Of a DNA stretch of 64,000 nucleotides, positions 12,990-25,230 are shown one piece after another. The DNA lies in the NCBI RefSeq assembly GCF_001194135.2, contig NC_068984.1, positions 99,519,333-99,583,332 of the forward strand. Direction: 5' to 3'. The first letter of the stretch is position 1. Each line of letters opens with the position of its first letter. The stretch is from Octopus bimaculoides. Its lineage: Eukaryota. The notes under the pieces are model-generated. The model saw nothing but the letters and a program-made list of their open reading frames with translations. It had not been told where the DNA came from and ran no database searches. The translations under genes and the position numbers were made by a program.

Positions 12990-14870
12990 ACATTAGAATC
13001 AACCTTAGGTATCCATAAGCTTTCAATAGTCTTTCAAGTGCTTAAAACCCACCTGATAATATTTCCTGTTTTTAAGAGGCAAACTTTCTGTAGAAGCTCT
13101 ACAGGATATTCTATTCCAATCTCCTTCAACTATTTCTCTATATCTTTACTTATATTCCCAGTGTACCAATTATTACAGGTGCAACCTTTACAATTTTCAT
13201 ATTCCAAATTCTTGCAATTTCAAACTTTAAGGGATTGTATTTTTTTGTTTTTCATCCACTTTCTTTACAATCCTGGAATCAAACGGACATAATGGATCAA
13301 TTTGTAAGCAACTTTGCTTTTCCTTTCCTATTATTGTTATGTCTGATCTATCAATTTCCAGCTTCTTATTCATTTGAAAAAGGAAATCCCACAGGAATCT
13401 GCATTCCACTCACCCCAGCACTCTTTTGACCTGATGGTTATACCATGTACCTACAGCTTCCAGTGTAAAACTTTCACAACTTGGTCATGCAACTTGGGGA
13501 TGATTTATCCAACCATATCCTTTTCCCAAATCATAAGTTATCTTAACTTTACAGTAATATCAAACTGAGTGGTATCATGGCCAATACTAATAGTAATGGT
13601 GATAAGAAATTACCTTGAAATATACCATTCTAATGTTCACTTTCCCAAGTCTTTACTTTCCTCCAATCAATCCAGTATTCCAATGTTTCATACTTTCATT
13701 AACTGTTTTTCTCCATATTTTCTGCCACTCCAAACATGCTCATTGTTTTACTTATCCAATTGTGTGGTACTGTATCATATGCTTCTTTGTAAAGCATCTC
13801 ACATGCTACATTCAGTCCTGTCAATCTGCATCTACAATTTCTAATTATCATTTTATCAATTAATAAGTGGACTTCTATTGCCTTACTTTGTTTTCTGCAT
13901 CCTTTCTGCTCTTCTGGAAGTAGATTGTTATATACATAGATTATTATATAGCTTCTCTGCCAAAATACCCACCATAAGCTTCCATATAAGTTCTAGATTG
14001 AAAATTTGATGCCAAGTTACCTTTCAAGGGATTCTTGAGACATAACAATGTTCATCCACTTGTCATTCAGGTAGGGACATGCCCCTGCTGCAGGCATTCA
14101 TTCAGTTATGCAGCAACCCTTTCATACAGCTGTGTAAATTTCTTCAGCCAATAGCTTTGTACTCAATCCAGGCCAGGTTCTTTCCAATTTGCTATTTTTT
14201 TTTTAACTTCAGTCTCACTGCAAATAGATCAACTCTGATGTCCTTTTGTCTTGACACCGTTGCAAGTTGTCTTTCCACTTGCATCAGCTACTTTGCACTT
14301 TCTTTATGTCTCACCAGCCTGTTCCACAGTTCTCCCCCAGATATTTTACTTTCTTCTGCATCTGGAATCATTTTCTGATGTTGGTCCCCCTTCATTTCAT
14401 TAAAAAGATGCCTTTTATTTGATTTAAACTGTCTATTTTGTTCAAAACCTTTCCATCTGGCATCATATCTTTTCAATTTAGCCTTTAATACTGTCACCCT
14501 TTGTGATAATTTTTCATATACTGTTTGTTTTCCCCTCTCCTCTGATCTGTACTTTCCATTCATTTTTCTGATTACTGCCTCATTCTTGAGCTCTCTTCTC
14601 ATTACCCTATTCAATTGCCCTAGTTCTTTCTGTGTCTTATCCAACTTCATTCGTAGTCTCTTCCTCCAGTTTGGTTCTTTCTTTTCATTTCCTTTCATTT
14701 CTTCAGTTTTCTGCTTGTATCCTATTATGTCAGCTACAACATTAGCAGCAGCTATGATTAACTGGTTTGTTTCACTAATGTTTTCTGTTGTTACCAAGCT
14801 CAAAACATCATTTACTTTGCCTGCGGCTCTATCTACATTTCTTCTGCCTATATATCTTACATCTGGTATT
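12990..14870 (-). mobile_element. R4/Dong-type LINE fragment with internal deletion (pre-RT region, RT start, RLE domain)
   Basis: ORF 14288-14884 (EPNWRKRL..LSQRVTVLKAKLKRYDAR..QNRQFKSN), NWKEPGLD RT entry, and 13227-13409 FLWDF..DITII..IDPLCPFD endonuclease-like segment. Confidence 0.85.
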
Positions 14871-15214
14871 ATTGTTATTATCATAATTATTGTTAATAGT
14901 TCTGGAAATGATATTCATAATAATGAGTCTTGTGTTGAATATTAATGATAATAATGATTGTAGTGATAAATTTGCCAACACTAATGTTACTTATACGAAT
15001 GGTAATAATGATTTGGTGGCTACACAACCTTTCTGATAAAGAATTTACTCCTCAACAGAGGTTAATCATTAGTAACTTCAGACTTTGGGCTATAAGAACT
15101 CCAAAAAAGAAAACCAGTCTGGAAAAGAAAGATTTGGAAGCTTAAATAGCTTAAAAGCTTGCATCATCAGAAGTTTAGAGATGTCTTTTGACCAGAAGGT
15201 TGAGGATATAGAGA

Positions 15215-16097
15215 CATATAACATAGAGGATAACCGGACGTTTCTATGGAACAGTTTACTGAGGGCCCCAGACCAAATTTATGGCTGGTACAAAGCCCCA
15301 ACCAGACCTAGGGTGACATGGTAGTTGAACAGTGGAGTAGACAATGCCATTAGAACAAAGAAACAGGCCTGGAAGATTTGGAAAAATGAGAGTAGTAGAG
15401 ACCTGTGTCAGGTAGATAGAAGAGAAGCTGAGTGGCAGGTAAATTCAGCTAGGGAAGAAGCAGAAAGGAAAAATTTTGCCAATATTCTGCAGCATGCAGA
15501 TCAGAGGTTTGACATGTTCTGGATTGCAAGCCAGTATATCAGGGAAAATTGTGATTTTGTAAAAAGGAAGTGTGTTTGGCTGGATGATGGTGCACTTGTG
15601 CTTAGTGATTCTGCAGAGAAAGAGGCATGGAAGCATTAGCATGAAAGGCTGCTAAATGTGGAAAATACATGGGAGAAAAGATTTATATTAGAATTGAAGA
15701 AGTTTCAGGTGTGTAACCAAGGTCTGGAAACATAGGGCCTTAGAGTTAATTTAACAAAGACTAAAGTACTAGTAAGTAGGCAAACAGACAAATTACTAAA
15801 ATAAGGTGTAGGTAGAAACTTCATGTGGTGTACCAGTGTAAGCTAAGGATACATCAGAGGAGCAGTGGAATTACAGGAAGGCTAACATTGAAAATAGTCT
15901 TTGTGTGTGACAGATATGCAGAAATATTAAACACTAAGCACACACTAGAAACAGATTTTTCAAATGCCCAGGGGGACCCTTAGAGGTTGAGATAGTATCC
16001 ATTATCAACATGACCCAGTTTGCAGTGGAGGTGGGTGCTCTAAAAGCATAAGTGCTAGAATAAGAACCAGCTAGCCAATTTCAGTGAGCTGTTACCT
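15215..16097 (+). mobile_element. RTE LINE fragment, internally deleted
   Basis: RPRVTW, AIRTKKQAWKIWK, VWLDDGALVLSDSAEKEAW and VNLTKTKVL segments; 3' part matches the RTE at 34860-35540. Confidence 0.8.
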
Positions 16098-16667
16098 CAG
16101 CTCACTGAGTAATTAACAAATGTTATTACTATGTAGGTAGTATAAATGAATCCAAAGGCACAGTCTTCAGTGTTTTGCTAATAATAATAGCTAATACTAA
16201 TGTAAGACTAAAGTACAGATAAAGGAACAGTCTGGAAAGAAATTAAGGCATGTTACTGCCAGGAATGTAGGATAAGAAAATCCAAAGACAGAGATGTTGC
16301 AGTCATACTTGTTCTTTGTTTCAAGTTTTCTGGGAGTGTTTCCATTATTGTAAATAGATATTTTGAACATAATATATGAAAATATACTTTGAAAAATAGA
16401 AAGGAAAATATATATAAAAAATGTAATATTAAATATGTATGTTTGACCTACAATAGTTGAAACACTTCCAAAGATAAAAGAACTGTCTGGAATTCCAAGG
16501 TGGGGAGGTCAATATAAGGAATACAGAATTAGTGCTTTATAATAAAGAACTCAAAATATCAATTCCATCTGGAAATGACCACATTTGATGTAGAAAGGGA
16601 ATGAGTAAGAATTCAATACTATGTACTCAGTGGCATATTTAGTAAAATTACTATTTCTTCTTTATTA

Positions 16668-17103
16668 CGGGCATGGCTCTGTGGTTAAGAAGCTCACTTT
16701 GCAACCAAATGGTTTCAGGTTCAGCTCCACTGTGCAGCACCTTAGACAAGTGTCTTCTATTAAATTCCTGAGCCAACCAGTAAGTGAATTTGGTTGATAA
16801 AAACTGTGAATGACATTCACTGTGTCATCATAGTTTAACCTTTCATCACCTGGTACAAAGGCATCTCACTCAATACCACTCCCCACTAAGGGATCTTCAT
16901 TATGCATGTTACTTGGTGACCTCACTGGTGCTGGTGCCATGTAAAAAGCACCCCTTACATTTTGTAAAGTGGTTGGCATTAGGAAAGGTATCCAGTTGTA
17001 GAAACCACACCAAAGCAAAGAGAGCCTAGCACAGTCCTCTGGCTTGCTGCCAGCTCCTGTCAAGCCATTATGGAAGACAGGCTCTAAACAATGATGATGA
17101 CGA
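16668..17103 (+). mobile_element. SINE with family-B tRNA head and RTE-derived 3' tail
   Basis: GGGCATGGCTCTGTGGTTAAGAAG head, then GGTGCCATGTAAAAAGCACC...AGGAAAGGTATCCAG...AAACAATGATGATGA tail shared with RTE 3' ends. Confidence 0.75.
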
Positions 17104-17380
17104 TCTTAGCAGTTTTGCAAAAGTAACTGATAGAATAAGTTCCAGACTTAGAAATAAATAATTACTGAGGTTGCTTTGTTTGATTAACCCCTTCAATGCT
17201 GGCCTCCAGTATGGCTGCGGTCCAAAGACTATAACAAGAAAAAGAGAGAAGATTAGCAGAAAATGAAAGGCAGCTTCTATGACATTTATAGGATCTTTGA
17301 GACTGATGGTGGGGTGGATAATGGGAAGGAAACCTTGATCTCTGACTTATAGGATGCAGTAGTAGGAAGCAACAGCAAGG

Positions 17381-17525
17381 GATCATCATCATAATTCATC
17401 ATCAATCATTCATCATTCATCATCATCAATCATCATTCATCATCATCAATCATCATCATTCATCATCATCATTCATCATCAGTCATCATCATCATCATTC
17501 ATCATCATCAATCATCATCATCATT
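17381..17525. repeat. Degenerate (CAT)n microsatellite, tail of a minus-strand RTE-type fragment (~17500-17720)
   Basis: Direct reading. Confidence 0.85.
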
Positions 17526-17719
17526 TTAACATCCACTTTTCCATACCTGTATGGATTGGACACAATTTGTTGAGGTGGATTTTTTCCACAGTTGGATGCC
17601 CTCCCTGTCATCAACCCTCGCTTATTTCTAAGTGAAGGAATATTTCTCGATGACCAGACATGTTATCATGGAAGATTTGAAATGAGGAACACTGCTTGCA
17701 TGCTGGTGACACTTATTTA

Positions 17720-18310
17720 AGCTGGAACATCTTTGATCAAGAGTTTGCTCAGCCAGGTCTGAGTGAGAGCTAAACATTAACAACAACTATCACTATATTA
17801 CAAAGGATACATTTGAAAATGTTGTCCCAGATACACTATGTCAAAAATAAAGACAAAATGGTCATGGCTGGAACCTGTTTGATCATAGGTATGGTGGATC
17901 AGAATTAGCCCAGGGCTAAACAATAACAACATCAAACCAGGCAGAAAACCTCTAACAGTTGCTTGCTCTGCTAGAAATAACAACTCAATCTCGTATTGTC
18001 TTATGTCAATATGTTGGATTATGTGGTCCTGAAGATGACAAGATGGTCAGGAATGAATGCCATTGATCATAGGTCTGTTGGATCAGTGCTGACCTAGGGC
18101 TAAACAATAATAAGAGTAACAAAACTAATGGGTATGAGCAATCAAGGTGACCTTTGCTGCATTGCTCAATCTATTAAAAATAGCCAAACCTCACAGAATT
18201 TGTACTCTAGCATCTTTAGAAAGAGAAGGACTTGTTAGTTGATGTAGTCTGCATGAACGGCAGGATGGTTGCGGCTGGGAAATAAATGTCTTTAACCAGC
18301 TGGAACAGTT
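17720..18310 (+). repeat. Head-to-tail array of an unclassified ~140-190 bp dispersed repeat ending in (AAC)n
   Basis: Recurrent GATCATAGG..GATCAG..AGGGCTAAACAATAAC ends near 17787, 17930, 18113; related copies at 44220-44350(-), 45110-45500(-), 50960-51190, 63240-63410. Confidence 0.55.
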
Positions 18311-18342
18311 TTTGGAAAAGAACTGAGGTGAAGAACAAAAAC

Positions 18343-18835
18343 TATCACTACCAATGCCACTACCACAACCACCATCACCTAACTACCACCTCCACCACCA
18401 CTACCACCATGACACTGAACCATCACCACTACAACCACACCATCTCCACCTCCATTACCACCATCACTACCACCACCACAACCATCATCACCACCAACAC
18501 CTAACTGCAAATAACATTACCACCAGCATTCCCACAACCACCACCACCACCACAAATACCATCATAACCACCAGTAACATTACCACCATCATTCCTACAA
18601 CCACAAAAACCCACACTACCACTACTCCATAGTGTCACCACCACTACCATCTCCAACACCACCATCACCATTTCTTCCACCTCAACTATCACCATCAGCA
18701 ACATCACTACTACCACCAACATCGCCACCACTACTGCTTCCACCATCACTATGAACACCATCACTTCTAGCACTCTCTACTCCACCACCTCCACCACATC
18801 TCCACCACCACTACCACCACCACCACCACCATCAA
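18343..18835. repeat. Degenerate (CAC/ACC)n low-complexity tract
   Basis: Direct reading; source of poly-T/H ORFs in the track. Confidence 0.9.
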
Positions 18836-20405
18836 AAGATATCAATACACATACTATCCACCATGCTCTGATAACTCTATCCTATATACTTCCTCAATAT
18901 GTTTCACTGACCAGAACTAATTAAATGTTTTATGTCTTTTAATTGTGAATATTTTATTGATAAGAAAGAAGAGGAGGATGGGGGGAGTATGAGGGGTAGG
19001 AGGGGCTGTATGGAAATGTTTGTTGGAACATTAAACCGTAGAAAGTGTGTATGCAGAGGGGAAGTGGGAGTGGAGGGGAGGTGGCAGGGTGTTAATGAAT
19101 AGATTTGTCAGTTTTATTATAAGAGATATATTGATATGAAGAAAGATGTTTATATCTGATTAATTGGTGTGAAGACGTCGTTGGTCGGGGTGGAATGGTG
19201 TTGTTGATTAATTAAGGAGTTTAATTGATTCAGTGGAGCAGAATATTGACAGCTGCATGAACAAGTAGCACTAGCAGTATTGAAATGTAGCAGCAGAATT
19301 AGTTGCACTTACTGTACCAGCAGTAACAAAGCTAAAATATGTTGCAAGTTACACACCACCACCACCACCACCACCAGCAACATCAACAACAACAGCAACA
19401 GGTACAGAAGTACCAGAATCATGAAAACCACAAAGTAGAGAAGCATTCCCTGTAACAAACAGTTGCACAAGCACTGCTTGTAACACCAGCTGCACCCCAA
19501 ATGCACTTGCAGCACTAACGCAGTAGAGCTAGTAACATCACCAGTACTAACTGCACCACCACCAGCAGTGCTAGTTAAACTAGCAATAGCTTCACTAGTT
19601 GCATCAGTTGCACTAGTATAACTTCACCAGATACTCTAGATGCAGAAGTGGTTCTAGCTGCAGTCATGCCAGTTACAAACTAAAATAAGGCTGCACCAGT
19701 CATTGTCAGATGCAGTAGTAGCACTAGTCACACCTCCATTAATAACCTTAGTTGCTCTAATCATTCTGACTCTGTAGCACTTGATCCAGTCACACCTGCA
19801 ACAGCTGCACTAGTTGCATCAGTCACTCCAGTTGCAAGAACAGGGTTACTTCACTGACTGCTGCACCAGTCACTTCATCTGCAATAACTGTGCCAGTCAA
19901 GCCACCAGTTACTGCACCAGTTACAGTCGGTCATTCAAGATACAGCAGAAATGCTAAGTTGTAGCACCAGCATTAGGTGTTGTTTCCATCAACTTCTGCT
20001 CCTAGGTCTGTATGTAAATATGTGTGTATCATATATGTGCTGTGCTGTGTGTCTTCTGTGTGCATGTGTTACTTCTGAGATATGTATGTGTTGTGTGTGT
20101 GTATACCCATGCCAGTATGGAAGGCAAATGTTAAACAATGATGATGATGATGATTATGATGATATATATTTGTATGTATGTGGTGTGATGTTGTGCATGT
20201 CTTATGTATGTACATTTTGCATCTGTGTCTGTATCTGTTTTGTATGTTATAACAGTTTCATTAAATATTGGCCTCAAGTCCAACAACAAAATCTCACAGT
20301 AAAGTAGTTGGCTAAGTAAAACCACACTCACCCAAGATTCTTTAACTCAGAAGCTTAATTTAACTGCATGACCAAGATTTCACATCAGACTGTTTGTCAA
20401 GTTAA

Positions 20406-20513
20406 CCTTTAACACACTCTAGGTGCATCATGTCACCATATGAGTTTTCTCCCTTGTAGTAACAGGGAAGTGGCAAGGGAAACAATTCTAGAGAAAATGC
20501 AGTGTGCTAAAGG
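20406..20513. mobile_element. Tiny TTAA-flanked MITE (piggyBac-like ends)
   Basis: TTAA|CCTTTAACACACT ... AGTGTGCTAAAGG|TTAA: 13-bp TIR with one mismatch. Confidence 0.65.
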
Positions 20514-20656
20514 TTAAATAATACTGACCACATGACCATCACACAAAGTCACATGACACAAAGCATTTAAAGCAACCAACACTATTACAGTATTTGCAAT
20601 GTAAAAAGCACAAGTTAGCCATTCAGAAACACACAAAGACTGTTAACCTCACTTAA

Positions 20657-21213
20657 CCCTTTAGTATTTAAAGTAGCCATACCCAGACAAAATATTTTAC
20701 ATGCTTTATGTTCAAACTGCCCAGATCTGGCCTCTCACTCTTACCCTACAATTTCATTCTAAAAATAAACCATCACATCATTGAAATCTCAAAGCTATTT
20801 TATAAAGTATGATTAATTCAAAACCATGTGAATAAATAAGCATTACATTTGACAGATGTGAAGGTACATGGCTTAGTGGTTAGAGTATTCAGTTCATAAC
20901 TGTATGGTCATGAGTTCAATTCCTGGTGACGTGTTATGTCCTTGAGCAAGACATTTTATTTCACATTGCTTTGGTCCACTCTGCTGGCAAAAATGAGTAA
21001 TACTTGTATTTCAAAGAGCCAGCCTTGTCACTTTCTGTGTCACACTGAATCTTCCTGAGAACTATATTAAGGGTACACATGTCTGTGGAGTGCTCGGCCA
21101 CTTGCATGTTAATTTCACAAGTAGGCTGTTCCATTGACTGGATCAACTTGTCGTTATAACCGACAGAATGCCAGTTGTAATACATTTGACAGAATAATCT
21201 GAACACTAAAGGG
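20657..21213 (+). mobile_element. ~220-bp TTAA/CCCT MITE interrupted by a SINE A insertion
   Basis: TTAA|CCCTTTAG ... CTAAAGGG|CTAA; uninterrupted 220-bp copy on the opposite strand at 37606-37825. Confidence 0.8.
20857..21180 (+). mobile_element. SINE family A, full length with 13-bp TSD
   Basis: TSD TACATTTGACAGA at 20844-20856 and 21181-21193; tRNA-like head GGTACATGGCTTAGTGGTTAGAG...GAGTTCAATTCC. Confidence 0.85.
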
Positions 21214-21894
21214 CTAAACATTTATTTATAATATTGTGTCAAAATTTTGGTCATTCAAAACTGAGTAGTTAAGTAGTAATTCTCAATTTTGTTAATACAG
21301 GAGGCTAAAAAGATTGGCTGTAAGTAGGCTTTACTCTTCTGAGAACAGTATCCGTCAGCAGTAGCTTTAGTCATGAACCTAGCTGGTCAGTAGATTGTAC
21401 AGTTATAGTAATAATATCAGTAATTATTTCCACTGGGAACACGTATCTGTAGAGTACTCAGCCACTTACATGTTAATTTCACAAGTAGATTGTTCCATTG
21501 ATTGGATCAACTCATCATTAAAACCAACGGAGTGCTAGTCATAGTACATTTGACACAATAATCTGAATATTGAAGGGTTAAACATTTATTTATAATATTG
21601 TGTCAAAATTTTTGTCATTCAAAACTGGAGCACAAATTGATTTTTAGTGAACAGGTTTCAGTTTCAAGTGACAAAAACTACAACACTATATTACAAATAA
21701 ACATTTATGTAAAATTAATAGTCTTTGTGTGTTTCTGAATGACTAACTTGTGTCTTCCACACTGAAATCTCTTTAGTTTCAGAACATGATCTCAGATCAA
21801 AATATTTGCTATGCAAGTACATCTCCATAACACTATTTCAGTAGCATACAAATGTTATATCACTTTTTATTTTGTCATTTGACTACTGATATCG

Positions 21895-22254
21895 TTTATC
21901 TTGTTTCAGTCATTAGTCTGTGGCCATGCTGGGGCACTTCCTTGAAGGGTTTTTTTTAGTCCAAATGACTCAACTCCAGTACTTTCTTTAAGTCTGGTAC
22001 TTTTTCTAATGATCCCTTTTGCCAAATCATTAAGTTACAAGGAAGTAAGCACACCAACTCTGGTTGTCAAGTGGTGGTGGGGGACAAACACACACATACA
22101 ACAAGCTTCTTTCAGTTTTCATCTACCAAATCCATTCACAATGCTTTGGTTAGCCCAAGACTAAAGGAGAAGACACTCAAAGTGCCATGCTGTTGGACTG
22201 AATCCAGAACCTTGTGGTTGGGAAGCAAACTTCTTACCACACAACCATGCCTGC
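21895..22254 (-). mobile_element. SINE family B
   Basis: Reverse complement of the 51602 copy including head and tail. Confidence 0.85.
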
Positions 22255-22763
22255 TTAAGTTTTCAAACTTATGTAGATACCAGTCGCACTTGCTGCAAAA
22301 GCCAGTTGTACTTATATCCCTGTCATATTCACGGTATATATGTGAAACATGTTCCACTATAACAGCAAGAATACTATATTTCTCTTTTTTTATTGTTCAA
22401 TTGATAGTTTATTTTCAAACACATGCTGATTGGACATGGCTTTCTTTTTCAAACTCATCTAGAGATGTAGAAGCTAACAATATGTTTAAAAGGCAGCTAC
22501 ATTTTTCATAAGGCCACCTGCACTTGTATTTCCAGATGATGATGTATCTCCTTTATGTCGTACACTATTACTTCAAGCAGTCTTCAAAATCTTACAAAAG
22601 GATGAAAGCTTGATTTTCACTCAAAACAATAGCCAATTTGCACTTGTGAAATGACCAAGTTTCCTTCAACAAAGATATGGAAATTTTATAAAGAAATAAT
22701 TCAAGATGGGTTAAAATAATTTTAAACATAGCTTGAATGTATAACAGAGATAGTTCAGCTTTA

Positions 22764-22920
22764 AAATTCTAGTTATTTCCTACCTTATATATTACTTATG
22801 TTATGCATGTAGGAAATTCTAGTTATTTCCCACCTTATATATTACATATATTACTTATATTATGCATGTAGGAAATTCTAGTTATTTCCTGCCTTATATA
22901 TTACATATATTCCGCATGTA
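22764..22920. repeat. Minisatellite, 3 copies of a ~50-60 bp unit
   Basis: AAATTCTAGTTATTTCC(T/C)(A/G)CCTTATATATTAC...GCATGTAGG repeated three times. Confidence 0.9.
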
Positions 22921-25012
22921 TAAGTGTGCTCTAAGTGTTTGAATAGATATATTGGTACCAATTTTATTTACATTCAATGAAACAAACATAAAAAATATAT
23001 ATTTTAACATTTAGAGGCATGTTTCCTTTTCTTTTTAAATCTTAAAAATTATTTTCAAATTCTGAAGGCAGTAATAAATAAATTATGAGAAAAAATACCT
23101 TTATATACAAGAAAAGAAATGTATCTTTATTAAAAGACAAAATGCTCTTCGTATCTTTCTCTGCTTTTCAAAAACATCTTTTGGTCATTACTATTTTAAC
23201 TGTTGTAATGTGCATGTAGGCAATACTTTATATATGCACATGAGTGTATATATATATATACACTCATGTGCAACTGTGTGTGGAAGAAACTGACACAAAT
23301 GACCACTGGATACAGGCGGCTGCTGAAGCAAAGGTTTTGTGGTGTGTGGCATGGTGAGTGTAGGTATCTTACATCAAATAATAGTCAGATGTATTGTAAT
23401 AGTGGCAATAAATCAACCTAGGATTGTTACGTTTTGAGTTTTATAGCATGCTAACAAGTTGTAGAAATCAGAGATAGGAGCTTCTTCCATGTAAGTCTGC
23501 CAACAGTAAAACCATGTTGTTGTTTACATTAGTAATTGTGAGTACTAATTAAAAACACAGTTCATAGAGTCGTCAGGGCTTGCCAATGTCAGAAGTTTTG
23601 GACAAAGTAACCACCACTTCAACACTTGGTTGATCACACTTCAATTGCTTCCAATAGTCACACTTACAATTAACATTCCCATTCAAATATCCCATGAAAT
23701 AATCTTCACCATTTACCTTTTTTTATATGACTCTCATCATTTTCTGGGTTTGCATTCTTAAGATATTTATCAAAAATTTAGCAATTCTTTTCACCAAGTT
23801 CAATTCCTCTGGTACCAATTTCCAGCACTGTTTTTTTTACCTTCTTTTAGTTAAATTACTTGGGACCAGTTGTCTTGTACCATTTCTGTATACTGTCATG
23901 GCTACAACTCTTTGGCATATTCTACAATTTTTCAGCAAATATTGCTCATTTGATAGTATGTGTATTAAGCAGTTATAAAGCAATATGGCACTTCTTAAAT
24001 AATTCTTCCTAGATACCCATTTTGTGGTATTTCTTGAACATGATCATTGTATGTTTATTTAATCCTGTATATTATTACTTGATATTTGTATAAAGGTAAT
24101 TAGTTGTTGCTAAGTGTATCATGCCAAGTCGTATCTTCATTGCATTTATAATGATTCTGGTAAGTAGTTGTTCAAATTCTATTATGAAGCCCTACATAAA
24201 GTATCAATCTGAGTATAGCTATCACTATATGAGACTCTTTACCTTCTATAATTCTATAACTAAGCTCCTACATTGAACTCCTTGCTATACCAAATAATAT
24301 TAATCTCATAACCACCAGAATGAGTTGCATGACACAGCAAATATGTAGAACATAAAACCCTTCAACAAATTGAACGTCATGTGTATGAATGTATACTTAT
24401 GCTTGATGTATGTGGTGTATGTTGTGTTTGTTTTGTGTGTGGAAGGGTTGTGTGTGTTGAATATGTTATATCTGTGTTTGTATGTGTGTGAGGTGTGTGT
24501 GCAGGTGTGATTGCATGTTGTGCAAAAGCACCATTGAGAATTTGAGAAATATTTTGACTCACAACATCCAAGCTCTATACCTGACTTAGTAACAGCAGTG
24601 TTGCTACCGCTAGATTAACAAATGTAATGTATAAATGTCATTTTCATTGTTCATTCAAGCAAATAGTTATCATTCATAAAGACATGGGATATGAGCTGGT
24701 ATGGGCGATATGTCTACCAGTGTTTATAGATATTTTATTGAATGACACCTTGAAGATATTGGAAATTTAGAAAGAAATTTATTGTAAACTACTGAAAGTA
24801 GTTTAGAACAAAATGGTTGGTTATTGGATTTGGGGGAGAACATTAATGTTATTATCAGTATCACCTCAGCAAGAGTTCATAGAAAAGTTTGATGATGAGT
24901 TTAGTTAACATCAGAAGTGAAGAATCTCACATTCTGAGCTGTTTCTGCTTCATCTAAGATTGGGAGTGTAGAAAATTAAAGTGGTAGTGCTACTTGGGTT
25001 ATGGCCCAGTAA

Positions 25013-25230
25013 TACTGGTTTCAAATTTTGGCACAAGGCCAGAAACTTCAGGGGAGGAAGTAAGTTGATTACATCAACCCCAGTACTCAGCTCATACTTA
25101 TTTTATCAACCCCAAAAGAATGAAAGTTAAAGTTGACTTCAGTGGAATTTGAACTCAGGCTGTAAGGACGGACAAAATGCTGCTGAGCATTTTGCCTGAC
25201 GTACTTACGATTCTGCCAGTTTACTGCCTT
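25013..25230 (-). mobile_element. SINE family C
   Basis: Reverse complement of family C head and body. Confidence 0.8.

Noticed and set aside
18286-18773. Thr/His/Val-rich ORFs suggesting a mucin-like gene
   Set aside because: Translations of a (CAC)n microsatellite in all frames; no convincing splice signals
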